From NCBI GenBank assembly GCA_018985235.1, contig JADGIG010000030.1, positions 1 to 37,178 of the forward strand: a stretch of DNA of 37,178 nucleotides, read 5' to 3'. This document shows positions 25,753 to 35,198 of this stretch, in pieces. The notes beneath the pieces are model-generated. The model made no database searches and was not told the origin of the DNA. It saw nothing but the letters and a program-made list of their open reading frames with translations. Source of the stretch: Sanchytrium tribonematis (Eukaryota). The translations under genes and the position numbers were made by a program. Within the stretch, counting starts at the first letter, position 1. Each line of letters starts with the position of its first letter.

Positions 25753-27942
25753 TTATGTGCCGCTTTTTATTTGACTAGTTTTGCCCGGTCGAACTTTTCT
25801 ACCAGGCAATCGAAATAATTTTTGAAAGACAATGACTACAATCAAAATTGCAACTACAGCTGCCAAAAAGTAGTATATAATTTCAGCTCCACGAGTGTTC
25901 AAATTGGTGGAAGGTTTTATGGCAGAAAGGGTGTTTGTAGCTGTTGCAGTATCACTCGTTTCTTCATAGACCATGTCAGATGAAATCAAATCAATAGTTT
26001 CCATATCGGATATTTGAAGTTGCGTCGTTGTTGGTACAATTGCAAAATTTGTTGTCCAAAGTCTTGTATAAGATCTTTTCGATGTTGTTTGTGTAAATTG
26101 AGATTTAACAAATGCATTAAATCTGATGTTAGGTACTAAATCTATTTGTGAGTTGGAAACACCACATGTTTGATTAAGAGAATCATAAACTGCAGTAATG
26201 CAACTATTTAATAATGAGCATTGCGTAAAGCAATCTTCTTGGGTATTCTTCTTAGTCCAGGAATTTACATTTCCGTATTGACTAACTTTTATTTGAGAAT
26301 CATATTTAGAAATATCTTTGCGGTATACCTCTACAATAGGCGTGTAAGCATTGAAAGAGAAATAGGTTGAATTGATTGCAGTTTTTGATAATGTACACGT
26401 AAGAGCAATCAAATTGCAAAATGCGTAATCACAATTAACAGAATTATAGCATCTGTTTAAGCAGTCGTGCAATCGCATATTGGAAGTCGTCTCCAAGGAA
26501 GTTGTACTAAACTGTCCCAAAAGTTGTACGAATTGGTTTTTCACGGCACTGACATAAATTGTATAGAAACCTCTTATGGAAGAAATTGAAAGCTGGCTTG
26601 AATTGGTCAAAAAGTAATTCTGGTAATCATTATTATAATTATAAATATTAATAGAATCACAAAATGAAATATTTGCACACTTGGCTAAATCTTGATTGCT
26701 ACGTATTACTTGACTCGCTCCTTTATTAATACCCGTATAATTAAGTAACAGATTAGGTTGCAAAATTAAATTACTTGGTTTAACTTGATTTCTTTTGATC
26801 ACAGAGTAAGTGTTGGCTTCCAAGGCTACCAATTCTGTTTCCAAATTTACGCCTGATAGCCATCTTTCTTTATAGTGCTTTAATAACACATGACTACAGA
26901 AATAAAAAGATGAGCAATAATCCATTAAAACGGAGAGATTTGAACTTTTAGTCGGTTCATTGTAATAGTAAGGATTTCTTCTTCTATAATTTGGCAAAAA
27001 TTTGTAATTGGAATTTGATATTAATAATGTATCATTTCGATTAGAAGGAACAATTTGGTTGACGTCAAAACTACTATATAATTTACAAGTCTTAGTTTCA
27101 TCGGAATAAAGAGCAGATTTGCCCAAATTTTTAGACATACTTTGGCATTGTACAATATCAGTATTGATAGTGCTGGATTCTTGCTGAGTAGTATTAAATC
27201 CGTGCATGAAGCTAATAGCTTTATCAAACTGAAAAGTCTTATTGAATAAAGAAAATTCAGTTTCAAAAGTAACTAATACAATATCGTTTTTATCAATAGT
27301 GGCTAATAAAGCGCATTTTAAAGTCAACTCAGAAAATAAGGCAAACTTACAATCTGGTTCATGAAAACATTCTGTAAGACAAATTGATCGCGTATAGTTC
27401 TGAGTAAACCAATTTGGAGAGAAGTTAAGACTAATGTTGCCTTGAATGGCCTCAAAATAACTTCCTACTAACGACTTAGTGTACAAATCAGAGTTTCCAG
27501 GATTTGTATTATTTCCGTACAAAGCATAAACTCCATAATTCAAGCTGGCAGCTATGCAATTATTAGACTGGGTACATCTTAGTAAAACATCACTTTGATT
27601 TGTACTTGAATACGGGTAATCACGAACATTTGGACTAAGCTCTATATTCTCATCAAGAATCCACCCTGGAATTTGTAACGCGACATTTGTGATATTAGTA
27701 ACATTTGGATACTTAAAATACGAAGTACTGACACTGGAATACAACCGCTTCGACATTTTGAATTTTAAGGTGCAGGTAGAGCTATTTGTAATAAATACAA
27801 AACCCAGACAATGATTCAGGTAGTCGCATTCTAATTGACATTTTGACAATGTGGCAGTGTTTATTGAATATATGTCTTGACCAGGAAAATCAAACTGGAG
27901 TAAACTCGTGTATGACAGGACTACTAACAAAAGAACAATCAT
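25753..27942 (-). CDS. Single-pass surface protein with multiple PAN/apple domains
   Basis: FDFPGQDI...CQLECDYLNHCLGFVF....TCTLK plus further C...C.....C...C units; Thr/Ser stalk; TM IIYYFLAAVVAILIVVIVF; basic tail. First ATG is at 27942. Confidence 0.8.
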   Translation of the reverse strand: MIVLLLVVLSYTSLLQFDFPGQDIYSINTATLSKCQLECDYLNHCLGFVFITNSSTCTLKFKMSKRLYSSVSTSYFKYPNVTNITNVALQIPGWILDENIELSPNVRDYPYSSTNQSDVLLRCTQSNNCIAASLNYGVYALYGNNTNPGNSDLYTKSLVGSYFEAIQGNISLNFSPNWFTQNYTRSICLTECFHEPDCKFALFSELTLKCALLATIDKNDIVLVTFETEFSLFNKTFQFDKAISFMHGFNTTQQESSTINTDIVQCQSMSKNLGKSALYSDETKTCKLYSSFDVNQIVPSNRNDTLLISNSNYKFLPNYRRRNPYYYNEPTKSSNLSVLMDYCSSFYFCSHVLLKHYKERWLSGVNLETELVALEANTYSVIKRNQVKPSNLILQPNLLLNYTGINKGASQVIRSNQDLAKCANISFCDSINIYNYNNDYQNYFLTNSSQLSISSIRGFYTIYVSAVKNQFVQLLGQFSTTSLETTSNMRLHDCLNRCYNSVNCDYAFCNLIALTCTLSKTAINSTYFSFNAYTPIVEVYRKDISKYDSQIKVSQYGNVNSWTKKNTQEDCFTQCSLLNSCITAVYDSLNQTCGVSNSQIDLVPNIRFNAFVKSQFTQTTSKRSYTRLWTTNFAIVPTTTQLQISDMETIDLISSDMVYEETSDTATATNTLSAIKPSTNLNTRGAEIIYYFLAAVVAILIVVIVFQKLFRLPGRKVRPGKTSQIKSGT

Positions 27943-28043
27943 AAGCCACAAAGGATCATGAATGTTTTACATTGTCATGTAATCTAGAATTAAATACATG
28001 TGCATTAGTTTTTAGTGCTTTATCGCGTTGGTTATTTTAACCC

Positions 28044-29363
28044 ATGTTACAAATTCTATCCAGTTGGCAAACTTACCCAATTTATTTTGGAATTGTGACT
28101 TGGCCATTCTATAAAACAGTCAGCATATCTAGTTATGTTTTGGGCGGTTTACTGGTATACCTATTTCCTATGCCATCGTACCCAAAGCCAAGCGGGCCTC
28201 ATCAGGTCAGTAGTTTTGATGACGAAATTACTACAAATAGGTCGTTATTTTGGAACAATGAAGCGGAAAAGCGCAGCATATACTACAAAGTGGTTTATCC
28301 CAGTCAACTTGCACCAGACACTGCCAAAAAAGAACCATTAGTGGGTTATTTCGAAGAGAGAATACAATTTATTATGAATGACCTGCTGAAACTGCCTTTC
28401 AATATATTTTCTTATGCTAAAACCGCAACCAATCATATATATGAAAACCAACCCATTTTAAAACCACAAAGCAAGTACCCACTTGTTATTTTGTCTCATG
28501 GTTTGACTGGGACATATGATTCACATTTGTCGCTAGTGCAATCTATTGCTTCTCATGGATATGTAGTAGCTGTTTTGGATCATATCGGCTGTGCAACTAT
28601 TGCTTATTTGCCCAAATCTGGTAAACGTTACAAATATATGGCCAAATTGGAGGGTATTTCATTGGATGAAGCCTTTAAGAAAAGACAAGAACATGTGAAA
28701 ATTAGAGTTGACGATATAAAAGATGTTATACAGCGAATAACAAAAGACAATCAAGATTTAAATAATGTTCTCTATGGAAAAGTGAATTTAAATTCAATCC
28801 ACATAATTGGACATTCTTTAGGGGGCTGCACTGCCTTGGAGATTGAATTGCCAAACATTAAAAGTATTACGGTTCTTGACGCATGGACGTTTCCTCTATC
28901 AACTTCAAAAATTTTACAGCCTCCACTTAGACACTCGCTTGCTATCCAAGCACATCAATGGTTTTACAAAGGCGATGATTTTGGTAAATATAATGATGCG
29001 GATATTTATCACTATTTTAGACATGTTGCTTACCCCCTTACAGTGGAGAAGGAATCGAGGAATGAAAGAGTTAGGACCATATATGACTCGATTCAGCCTT
29101 CCTCTTCTGAAAGCGGATACAAATCTTATTTGGTCAAAATTCCAATGGGTCACATGGATCCAGCTGATGTCAAATTTATTATGAACTACAGACTTTTAAA
29201 GCTACTTGGATTATACAAAAGCACGGTCTCTCCAAATGAATTACATGCATATTTTGATAGAGCAATTGTTGGATTTCTGAATGGAGTTGTTAATAATTCA
29301 TTTGCTGGGTTGGAGCAGGATCTTTTAACTCTTCAAGGCTCTGAATTAGAATCTTTTGAATAA
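28044..29363 (+). CDS. Alpha/beta hydrolase, PAF-acetylhydrolase (isoform II)-like
   Basis: PKPSGPHQV, YPLVILSHGLTG, ASHGYVV, nucleophile GHSLGG, LDAW and GHMD motifs. Confidence 0.9.
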   Translation: MLQILSSWQTYPIYFGIVTWPFYKTVSISSYVLGGLLVYLFPMPSYPKPSGPHQVSSFDDEITTNRSLFWNNEAEKRSIYYKVVYPSQLAPDTAKKEPLVGYFEERIQFIMNDLLKLPFNIFSYAKTATNHIYENQPILKPQSKYPLVILSHGLTGTYDSHLSLVQSIASHGYVVAVLDHIGCATIAYLPKSGKRYKYMAKLEGISLDEAFKKRQEHVKIRVDDIKDVIQRITKDNQDLNNVLYGKVNLNSIHIIGHSLGGCTALEIELPNIKSITVLDAWTFPLSTSKILQPPLRHSLAIQAHQWFYKGDDFGKYNDADIYHYFRHVAYPLTVEKESRNERVRTIYDSIQPSSSESGYKSYLVKIPMGHMDPADVKFIMNYRLLKLLGLYKSTVSPNELHAYFDRAIVGFLNGVVNNSFAGLEQDLLTLQGSELESFE

Positions 29364-29543
29364 ATTCGTGGGATTTTTAAATAAAGTAAGAACAAAGGTT
29401 TGAAAATAATTTGTAAATTATCAGAATTTTAAGTCATGTAGAAGTTGTCTCTTGGAAATTTATAGTCTTCTTTGAATGTTACCAATTTTCCATTCACTGA
29501 ATATCGATTCTCTGGTGAAAATTTGGCGCGATTTTAATTACCC

Positions 29544-30173
29544 ATGTTTTTTGTACTTGTCTTTGCAATTGACTCTCAAGTAAAAATTGGATACCAAAAT
29601 GGTAAATGTCAGCTTACAAACAACAAGGCCTCCGTGCTCACTATATTTCCCATGACAAAAATGACATGCGATCAGGTCGGAACACCAGAAAATGTGAAAA
29701 GCTGTGATTCATCCTTGTTGGTGCAAACCTGCTATAAAAATATAGAAGAAGTGAAAGTTAGAGATGAGCATTTACATGCAGTATCGATCGGCATGGCTTC
29801 TGATTGTGAATACAAATTGTCTCAACCAAATGGTTATAAACTAAAATTAAGGGGAGCCAAGACTTATTTTAGTTTAAATGAGCAATTTAAAATCAACGAC
29901 ATGGATAAGAACAACCCATTTCATCATGTTTTGACCACTTGTCAAGAAGGTAGTCTGATTCAATATTTTTGCGATGATACAAATTTGGACACAGCAACTT
30001 GTTTTCCATCCACACGAATCATGACTCCAGAAAATTTATTTTGTTATTCATCTGAACCTTGTACAAGTAAACAATTAGAGCCAAAGAACATTGTGAATGT
30101 TGCAGGGGATCAATTCGTATTATTTGATCATGTAATGATTAAAGAAAGACGCAAAGCAAAAGATGAACTTTAA
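29544..30173 (+). CDS. Unknown Cys-rich ER-lumenal protein (signal peptide + KDEL)
   Basis: N-terminal MFFVLVFA, ten Cys, C-terminal ...AKDEL*. Confidence 0.7.
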   Translation: MFFVLVFAIDSQVKIGYQNGKCQLTNNKASVLTIFPMTKMTCDQVGTPENVKSCDSSLLVQTCYKNIEEVKVRDEHLHAVSIGMASDCEYKLSQPNGYKLKLRGAKTYFSLNEQFKINDMDKNNPFHHVLTTCQEGSLIQYFCDDTNLDTATCFPSTRIMTPENLFCYSSEPCTSKQLEPKNIVNVAGDQFVLFDHVMIKERRKAKDEL

Positions 30174-30186
30174 ACAAATAAATATA

Positions 30187-31074
30187 TTACGAAACACTTT
30201 CAAGAGAAAATACATCATTAACAATCTCAGTCAAGGTCCGCATTATAATTTCATCGGACTTAGATGCTAAAAATGGAAACAAACAGGCTACTTTCCTTTC
30301 CACGTGCAGCATAAATTTCACAGAAAGACCCGATTTAATCATATTTTGCTGGAATTCTGAGCGAATTTGCAAGTAATTATCGTCATTAGGAAATCTTTTT
30401 CCAAGGTATTCGGATACATTTGCAATTGTTAAAAAGTATCTCGCTCTGATATCATTAAGGTCGAAACTTTTCTCTATTTTTGGATCAACAAAAGATTCCA
30501 TCATAAGAACAGATTTTCCATACTTTGCATTAGGTTTTTTGCTACAAATTCTAGAATCAGAGGTGCCTTTTGACAAAATATAAGGGACTGATGACAAATC
30601 TCTGTTCTTCATTGAAGACTTATTTGCACCTGTAGGAATTCTTTCGGTCTTGCCACCAGTCTCTGATTCTATCTTTCTATTTATAAGACTTCTATCAGAC
30701 CTTCTCTTACTTGATATCGATGTTTCTGCAGTAGAAAAATTCTTTTGAGACTTGTTAGCCGTTGTTAAAGCCGTTTCTGTGTAATCTGACACAGCCTTGC
30801 ATAATCTGTATTTGATTTGCTTGTAAGCCATTTTAATATTGCGAGTCCGATACCTCATAGGCTTGAAATTCTGGAGAAACTTTGGGAGATTTCCCACATT
30901 CATTTCTTGATCCTTTGCCTCAATGTTCTCAATAATCTCCCATATGATATTGATATACACCTGTGCATCTTTTTCAGAAAGAATACATCGGTATTCGGAT
31001 AAAACACCTCTGCAAAAAGATACAGCTGTCTCCATGTCGCAAAATTCAAGGAGTCTTAAAAGATAGTCAACCAT
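30187..31074 (-). CDS. Hypothetical protein
   Basis: 295-aa ORF filling the gap between genes; helical ends and a low-complexity Ser/Lys middle; no motif recognised. Confidence 0.65.
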   Translation of the reverse strand: MVDYLLRLLEFCDMETAVSFCRGVLSEYRCILSEKDAQVYINIIWEIIENIEAKDQEMNVGNLPKFLQNFKPMRYRTRNIKMAYKQIKYRLCKAVSDYTETALTTANKSQKNFSTAETSISSKRRSDRSLINRKIESETGGKTERIPTGANKSSMKNRDLSSVPYILSKGTSDSRICSKKPNAKYGKSVLMMESFVDPKIEKSFDLNDIRARYFLTIANVSEYLGKRFPNDDNYLQIRSEFQQNMIKSGLSVKFMLHVERKVACLFPFLASKSDEIIMRTLTEIVNDVFSLESVS

Positions 31075-31118
31075 GTCTTGCCTACTGCATTAATTTAAAC
31101 TTTAAAAGGGCTAATTAT

Positions 31119-32027
31119 TTATTTAAGAGCGACAAATCCGTTGTAGTCGTGAATACAAACACCGCTGTAGGAAGTATGATTACCGAGTCTAATTTCTAAA
31201 ATAGAAATGTCAGATAGCACAACAGATTTTGAATTTTTTCCAGGTGTATCTGCATAAGAGACGTACTCGGCAACTCCTGCATTAGTTTCCACTCCGGAAC
31301 AAATTTTCACATTTTTAGAATCACCAACCTTTAATTTCCCATCCATGCGGGCAACGACGTTGTCAGTATAAGTATTATAGCTCATCACAAAAATTTCATC
31401 AAGAATACTTGCGAAATGGGAAAAGACTTCTAAATAATTTCCATTATAAGTGGTTCGTATTGGCTCCCCCCAATAGTTATCCAACCAATAAGGTAGAGCA
31501 GCGCCTAATTTGAGGTTGTTATTATGTAGCTTGATACGAAGTGTATCATGAATACTGAGCCAATTCTTCATCAACATATTTCTATCATCTTTTTGAGTTT
31601 GATACCAAGTGCCACCACTTTTGGAGCTCAATTTGGAATCTGGTATATCATTGTGAAAAGTTGTGTAGGAATCTTGATCCATGGGCTCCACATCAGTCTG
31701 AAAACCATAAAATCTAGAACTTTTCGGCATCTTTGAATTATAACTTATCAAATTGTTCACAGTCGAATATAAGGCCTGAGGGCCGGCGGCATCTGACAAA
31801 TAACCTCTATCACCATCTAATCCCCAAGATTTAATGTTGCTTTTATTCAATTTGGTCAAAAACGAAGCCAACTGAGTTTGTTTCGATTTATAAAATTCAG
31901 GTTTGATGTACAAAAAAACATTTGTGATATCATAAATTACACAATCAGAAATGAATGCGCTTATCTTATTTGAGTCCTCCAGAATTGTAGATGTAGACCA
32001 CACCCAAAGATACCTGTCAAGTTTCAT
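31119..32027 (-). CDS. Glycoside hydrolase-like TIM-barrel protein (GH18-like DxE motif)
   Basis: LWVW, FYGFQTDVEP, GAALPYWLD, DEIFVMSY, GVET and CIHDY motifs. First ATG is at 32027; an in-frame TAG upstream excludes a signal peptide unless spliced. Confidence 0.7.
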   Translation of the reverse strand: MKLDRYLWVWSTSTILEDSNKISAFISDCVIYDITNVFLYIKPEFYKSKQTQLASFLTKLNKSNIKSWGLDGDRGYLSDAAGPQALYSTVNNLISYNSKMPKSSRFYGFQTDVEPMDQDSYTTFHNDIPDSKLSSKSGGTWYQTQKDDRNMLMKNWLSIHDTLRIKLHNNNLKLGAALPYWLDNYWGEPIRTTYNGNYLEVFSHFASILDEIFVMSYNTYTDNVVARMDGKLKVGDSKNVKICSGVETNAGVAEYVSYADTPGKNSKSVVLSDISILEIRLGNHTSYSGVCIHDYNGFVALK

Positions 32028-32095
32028 TATTTGGTGATCAGACAAGCCACTAGAGGCAATTTTAAAAACAAGCTAGTGATTGCTGAGTAATATAA

Positions 32096-32716
32096 ATGAA
32101 ATATGAAAAGGATTATGCCAAGGATATACAAGTTAAAACCGAGAGAGACAACTCGAAGCTCCGTGTAAGAAAAATGAGCGAAAATGATCCATCTACAAAA
32201 TACCCCGAAAAATTTAAATCTTTTCTATATTCATCGAGGCGACCCGAAAAAAAGCTACTCAAAAAGGATGCTTCCAGTTCCTCAGACAGCGATTTAAATA
32301 CAACTGATTCTTTTACATCTTCTCTCAGTGACAATTTATTGAAAACTGATGGCATTCTCCCAGAGCAACAACCAGGTTATTCTCATTACTTAGAAATTTG
32401 TACATTAAAAGAGCAGATGAAGTCTCTTAAGTCTAATCACAAAAAGGAAATAAATTCCATGGATAAGAAGCTTAAACAAATGGAAAATACTATAAAAAAA
32501 ACGAACAAAAAATTTGAGGCTCTGGAAGATCTAGTCTATGAATACATCAGATCCAACGATACCAGATTAAAAAACCAAAAAGATGAAGTTGATATAGTGA
32601 AAGATCAAATTAGTGTTATACAGGATTTGCGGTCACGCAAGCGTACAGCTTCAGGGGAAGCTACTGTCGTGCAAATTAAGAAGAAAAAGCCGAGGTCTAA
32701 TTTTGCAAACAACTAG
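32096..32716 (+). CDS. Hypothetical coiled-coil protein with basic NLS-like tail
   Basis: Heptad-rich LKEQMKSLK...LEDLV region; RSRKR and KKKKPR basic clusters. Confidence 0.65.
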   Translation: MKYEKDYAKDIQVKTERDNSKLRVRKMSENDPSTKYPEKFKSFLYSSRRPEKKLLKKDASSSSDSDLNTTDSFTSSLSDNLLKTDGILPEQQPGYSHYLEICTLKEQMKSLKSNHKKEINSMDKKLKQMENTIKKTNKKFEALEDLVYEYIRSNDTRLKNQKDEVDIVKDQISVIQDLRSRKRTASGEATVVQIKKKKPRSNFANN

Positions 32717-32786
32717 CAAATAAATTAATTGGATTAATTGCCACGAAATTAAAAAATTTGATTAGATTATTTCTCAAAATCCTCCA

Positions 32787-33503
32787 ATGTTTCAATACTA
32801 TTTAACTTTCTTAGTTAATTTATTTTTAGATTTCTTAAAAAGTCTTAATCCGGATTCGAATGCTTTGCAAGTATTTTATGCTACAAGAAGTCAAAGGGAG
32901 ATGGAAATTCATAACACCAAGGTAATCAATATAGAAAAGATGAAGCCAAAAATCTTGCCGCCAGAAATATGGGAACAAATATTAATTCACGCTGACTGTA
33001 TTCCGTATATGCTAATGGAGAGAAGCCAAGAAATGCGATTTTTCGAGGCGGATTATTGTTATTTGGATTTATTTATTTCACCAAATGGTAATTTGTTCAA
33101 CCAAACCGAAGAGAAGCATCGAAAATTTATTAATAACTGCAGATTTATTTCAAAAATTGAATTTATTTGTCAATCCCACGATCAAGGCTGGAGCAGTTTC
33201 CACGAGCATCATGGAACAATAGAAAACTCGTGGACTTTTGGAGAAATTCACTTGTCGTGTGCAAATGATGATTATAGACAACGAGTTTACACCAATCTAC
33301 ATGCAAGAAGAGACTACTAATTACATGAAATATTACTGGAGCACTCTGAGGAAATTATCCAGAAAATAAATTTGAACTTAAGGAGGAACGAAGAATGTAG
33401 AGTAATGTTCAAAGTGCGCGCCCAATTTGCGGGTTGGGTGAATTCTGTGAAAATGGCTGAAATTAAAGCTTTCTATTTAAAACGCCAATCATTACAGAGT
33501 TAA
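32787..33503 (+). pseudogene. F-box-like + SHDQGW-domain gene interrupted by an in-frame TAA at 33318-33320
   Basis: LPPEIWEQILIHA (F-box-like), SHDQGWS and SWTF motifs. The same frame continues 60 codons after the TAA and contains RAQFAGWVNSV before a stop at 33501-33503. Confidence 0.7.
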
Positions 33504-33640
33504 TTCAATATTTTGAAATTGGTATGTAAAATTTCTCTTCATTTTTTCGATACTTTGCATTTATGCCAATGCGCGGAGTCGAACTTATTTCTAGTGGTCA
33601 AGTCGCGTCGAAGCCATTTTTCAGAAATCGAAAGTAAAAA

Positions 33641-34165
33641 ATGAATATTGTTCGGAAAAAATCTATAATAAATCGACCAAAAGCAAATTCTCTTACTCCA
33701 GAAAGCTCGCAATCCATTAGTATGTTGAGTTTCAATTCGAATTCGCTTGAGCGAAAGTCAAGTTTAGATAATGTGGAAACCAACAAATACAAGACAATTA
33801 GATCGTCAATTATGAATTTAATCACACCGAAGGAAGACTCCAAAACTGAGCAAAGTCCGGCAGAAGAATTAAGGAAAAGAGCTAGTGAAAGGTATTGTTT
33901 GGAGTTGGTTTTATTTAAAGAGGATTATGAAAGGCTCAAGCAAATCACAAATGACAAAGACGCAGTACAGCGGCTAATTTTTGAGATATGGAAAAAATAC
34001 TTCTGCAAAAACTGTCCCAATGAAATTAATATTCCGGCACGATTAGCTGATAAACTTCGCCGGTCTATACTAAAAGACGAGCAAGATCTCACTATAATGG
34101 ACGAAATCTATAAAGAAGTAATCCGTATGTTATCCGAAAACGACATCATCATCTCACAAGCATAA
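33641..34165 (+). CDS. RGS (regulator of G-protein signalling) domain protein
   Basis: ERYCLELVLF, IWKKYFCKNCPNEINIP and IYKEVIRMLSEND match RGS helices. Confidence 0.85.
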   Translation: MNIVRKKSIINRPKANSLTPESSQSISMLSFNSNSLERKSSLDNVETNKYKTIRSSIMNLITPKEDSKTEQSPAEELRKRASERYCLELVLFKEDYERLKQITNDKDAVQRLIFEIWKKYFCKNCPNEINIPARLADKLRRSILKDEQDLTIMDEIYKEVIRMLSENDIIISQA

Positions 34166-34224
34166 TAAATTTATCTAACAAATATAAAACTTAAATACAA
34201 CATCCAATCTAAAATGCAGCGACA

Positions 34225-34446
34225 TTAATGCTTTTGAAAACGAGACTCGAATTCTTTAACTTTATCAAGTTCTTGTTTGGATGGGGGAGGAATAATTTTT
34301 TGAGGAACTTCAAATATGGAAATCTTATAATGTGAGGTTATGGATTTCACCATTGCGAATCCCAGTATTGAAATTGTTGCGGTGGCAATTCCAAGAGAAG
34401 AAAAAGCCAATGCAAATGGGGACGCGTTGTTGAAGAAATTTCGCAT
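34225..34446 (-). CDS. Small single-TM protein (73 aa)
   Basis: ATG at 34446 avoids overlap with the neighbouring gene and has a CCC motif upstream; one hydrophobic helix FALAFSSLGIATATISILGFAMV. Confidence 0.5.
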   Translation of the reverse strand: MRNFFNNASPFALAFSSLGIATATISILGFAMVKSITSHYKISIFEVPQKIIPPPSKQELDKVKEFESRFQKH

Positions 34447-34529
34447 TAAGTTTGAAGGGAATATTAACGTATTAACTACAATTTGGTTTCTGTATTTTAT
34501 AAAACAAACCAGCCCAATTAAATAAACGT

Positions 34530-35198
34530 TTATTCTCTTGAACACTTTCCGAAATCAACAGGGACCTTCGCTGCTTTTTGTGAATATACTCTTTCTTTCA
34601 CAACCTTTGGGGTCGCTGGTTTAGTAGTTAGCACTGTGGCTGATAAGGGTTTTGTAACAGATTCATTGTCATTGTCAGTAGATGAGTTTTTTAACATTTT
34701 AGTTGCAACTTTGGTTTTTACCTGCTTTAGGATGGGCTTGTCTTCAGCCTCATCCGAGTTGCTAGCTTTATTTGATGGCTTCGCTGGAGGATTTTGACTA
34801 GATTTTATACCAATCGGAGGTGCCACATTTTTTGATTGACCACCTGGGCCCCAACTTAAGCCTTGTAAGACTCCTACATTTAAATCTGATTCCAATGATT
34901 TGAAAGCACCGACACTCAAATCAATATGACTTCCTTCGCAAGATGCGCACTCGTCAATAATTGGTACAGCAATGGATTTGCCTTTATAGTTTACATTTAC
35001 AGTTTGTCCACAAACTCCATTCCCACTCGAAAAGCAGGTGGAGGGGACTGCAGCATAAATTCCATCACCTGGAATGCTAACAGGACAGCGAACTTGCCCC
35101 GTATATCCGTCATTTTCACTCGGATTGTGGACATCGTAGAAAGTACCTTGACCAGTCCCAGTTAGGCATTGCGCTGTAGCTGTAGCGACAAAAAACAT
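34530..35198 (-). CDS. Secreted RlpA-like double-psi beta-barrel (expansin/loosenin-like) protein
   Basis: GQGTFY, YAAV, CGQTVNV, IIDECASC and HIDLSVGAF motifs; Lys/Pro/Thr-rich tail. Confidence 0.9.
   Translation of the reverse strand: MFFVATATAQCLTGTGQGTFYDVHNPSENDGYTGQVRCPVSIPGDGIYAAVPSTCFSSGNGVCGQTVNVNYKGKSIAVPIIDECASCEGSHIDLSVGAFKSLESDLNVGVLQGLSWGPGGQSKNVAPPIGIKSSQNPPAKPSNKASNSDEAEDKPILKQVKTKVATKMLKNSSTDNDNESVTKPLSATVLTTKPATPKVVKERVYSQKAAKVPVDFGKCSRE

Noticed and set aside
32814..32829. GTTAATTTATTTTTAG as a 16-nt intron near the start of the F-box gene
   Set aside because: The ORF is already open through it, and splicing would frameshift relative to the only upstream ATG.
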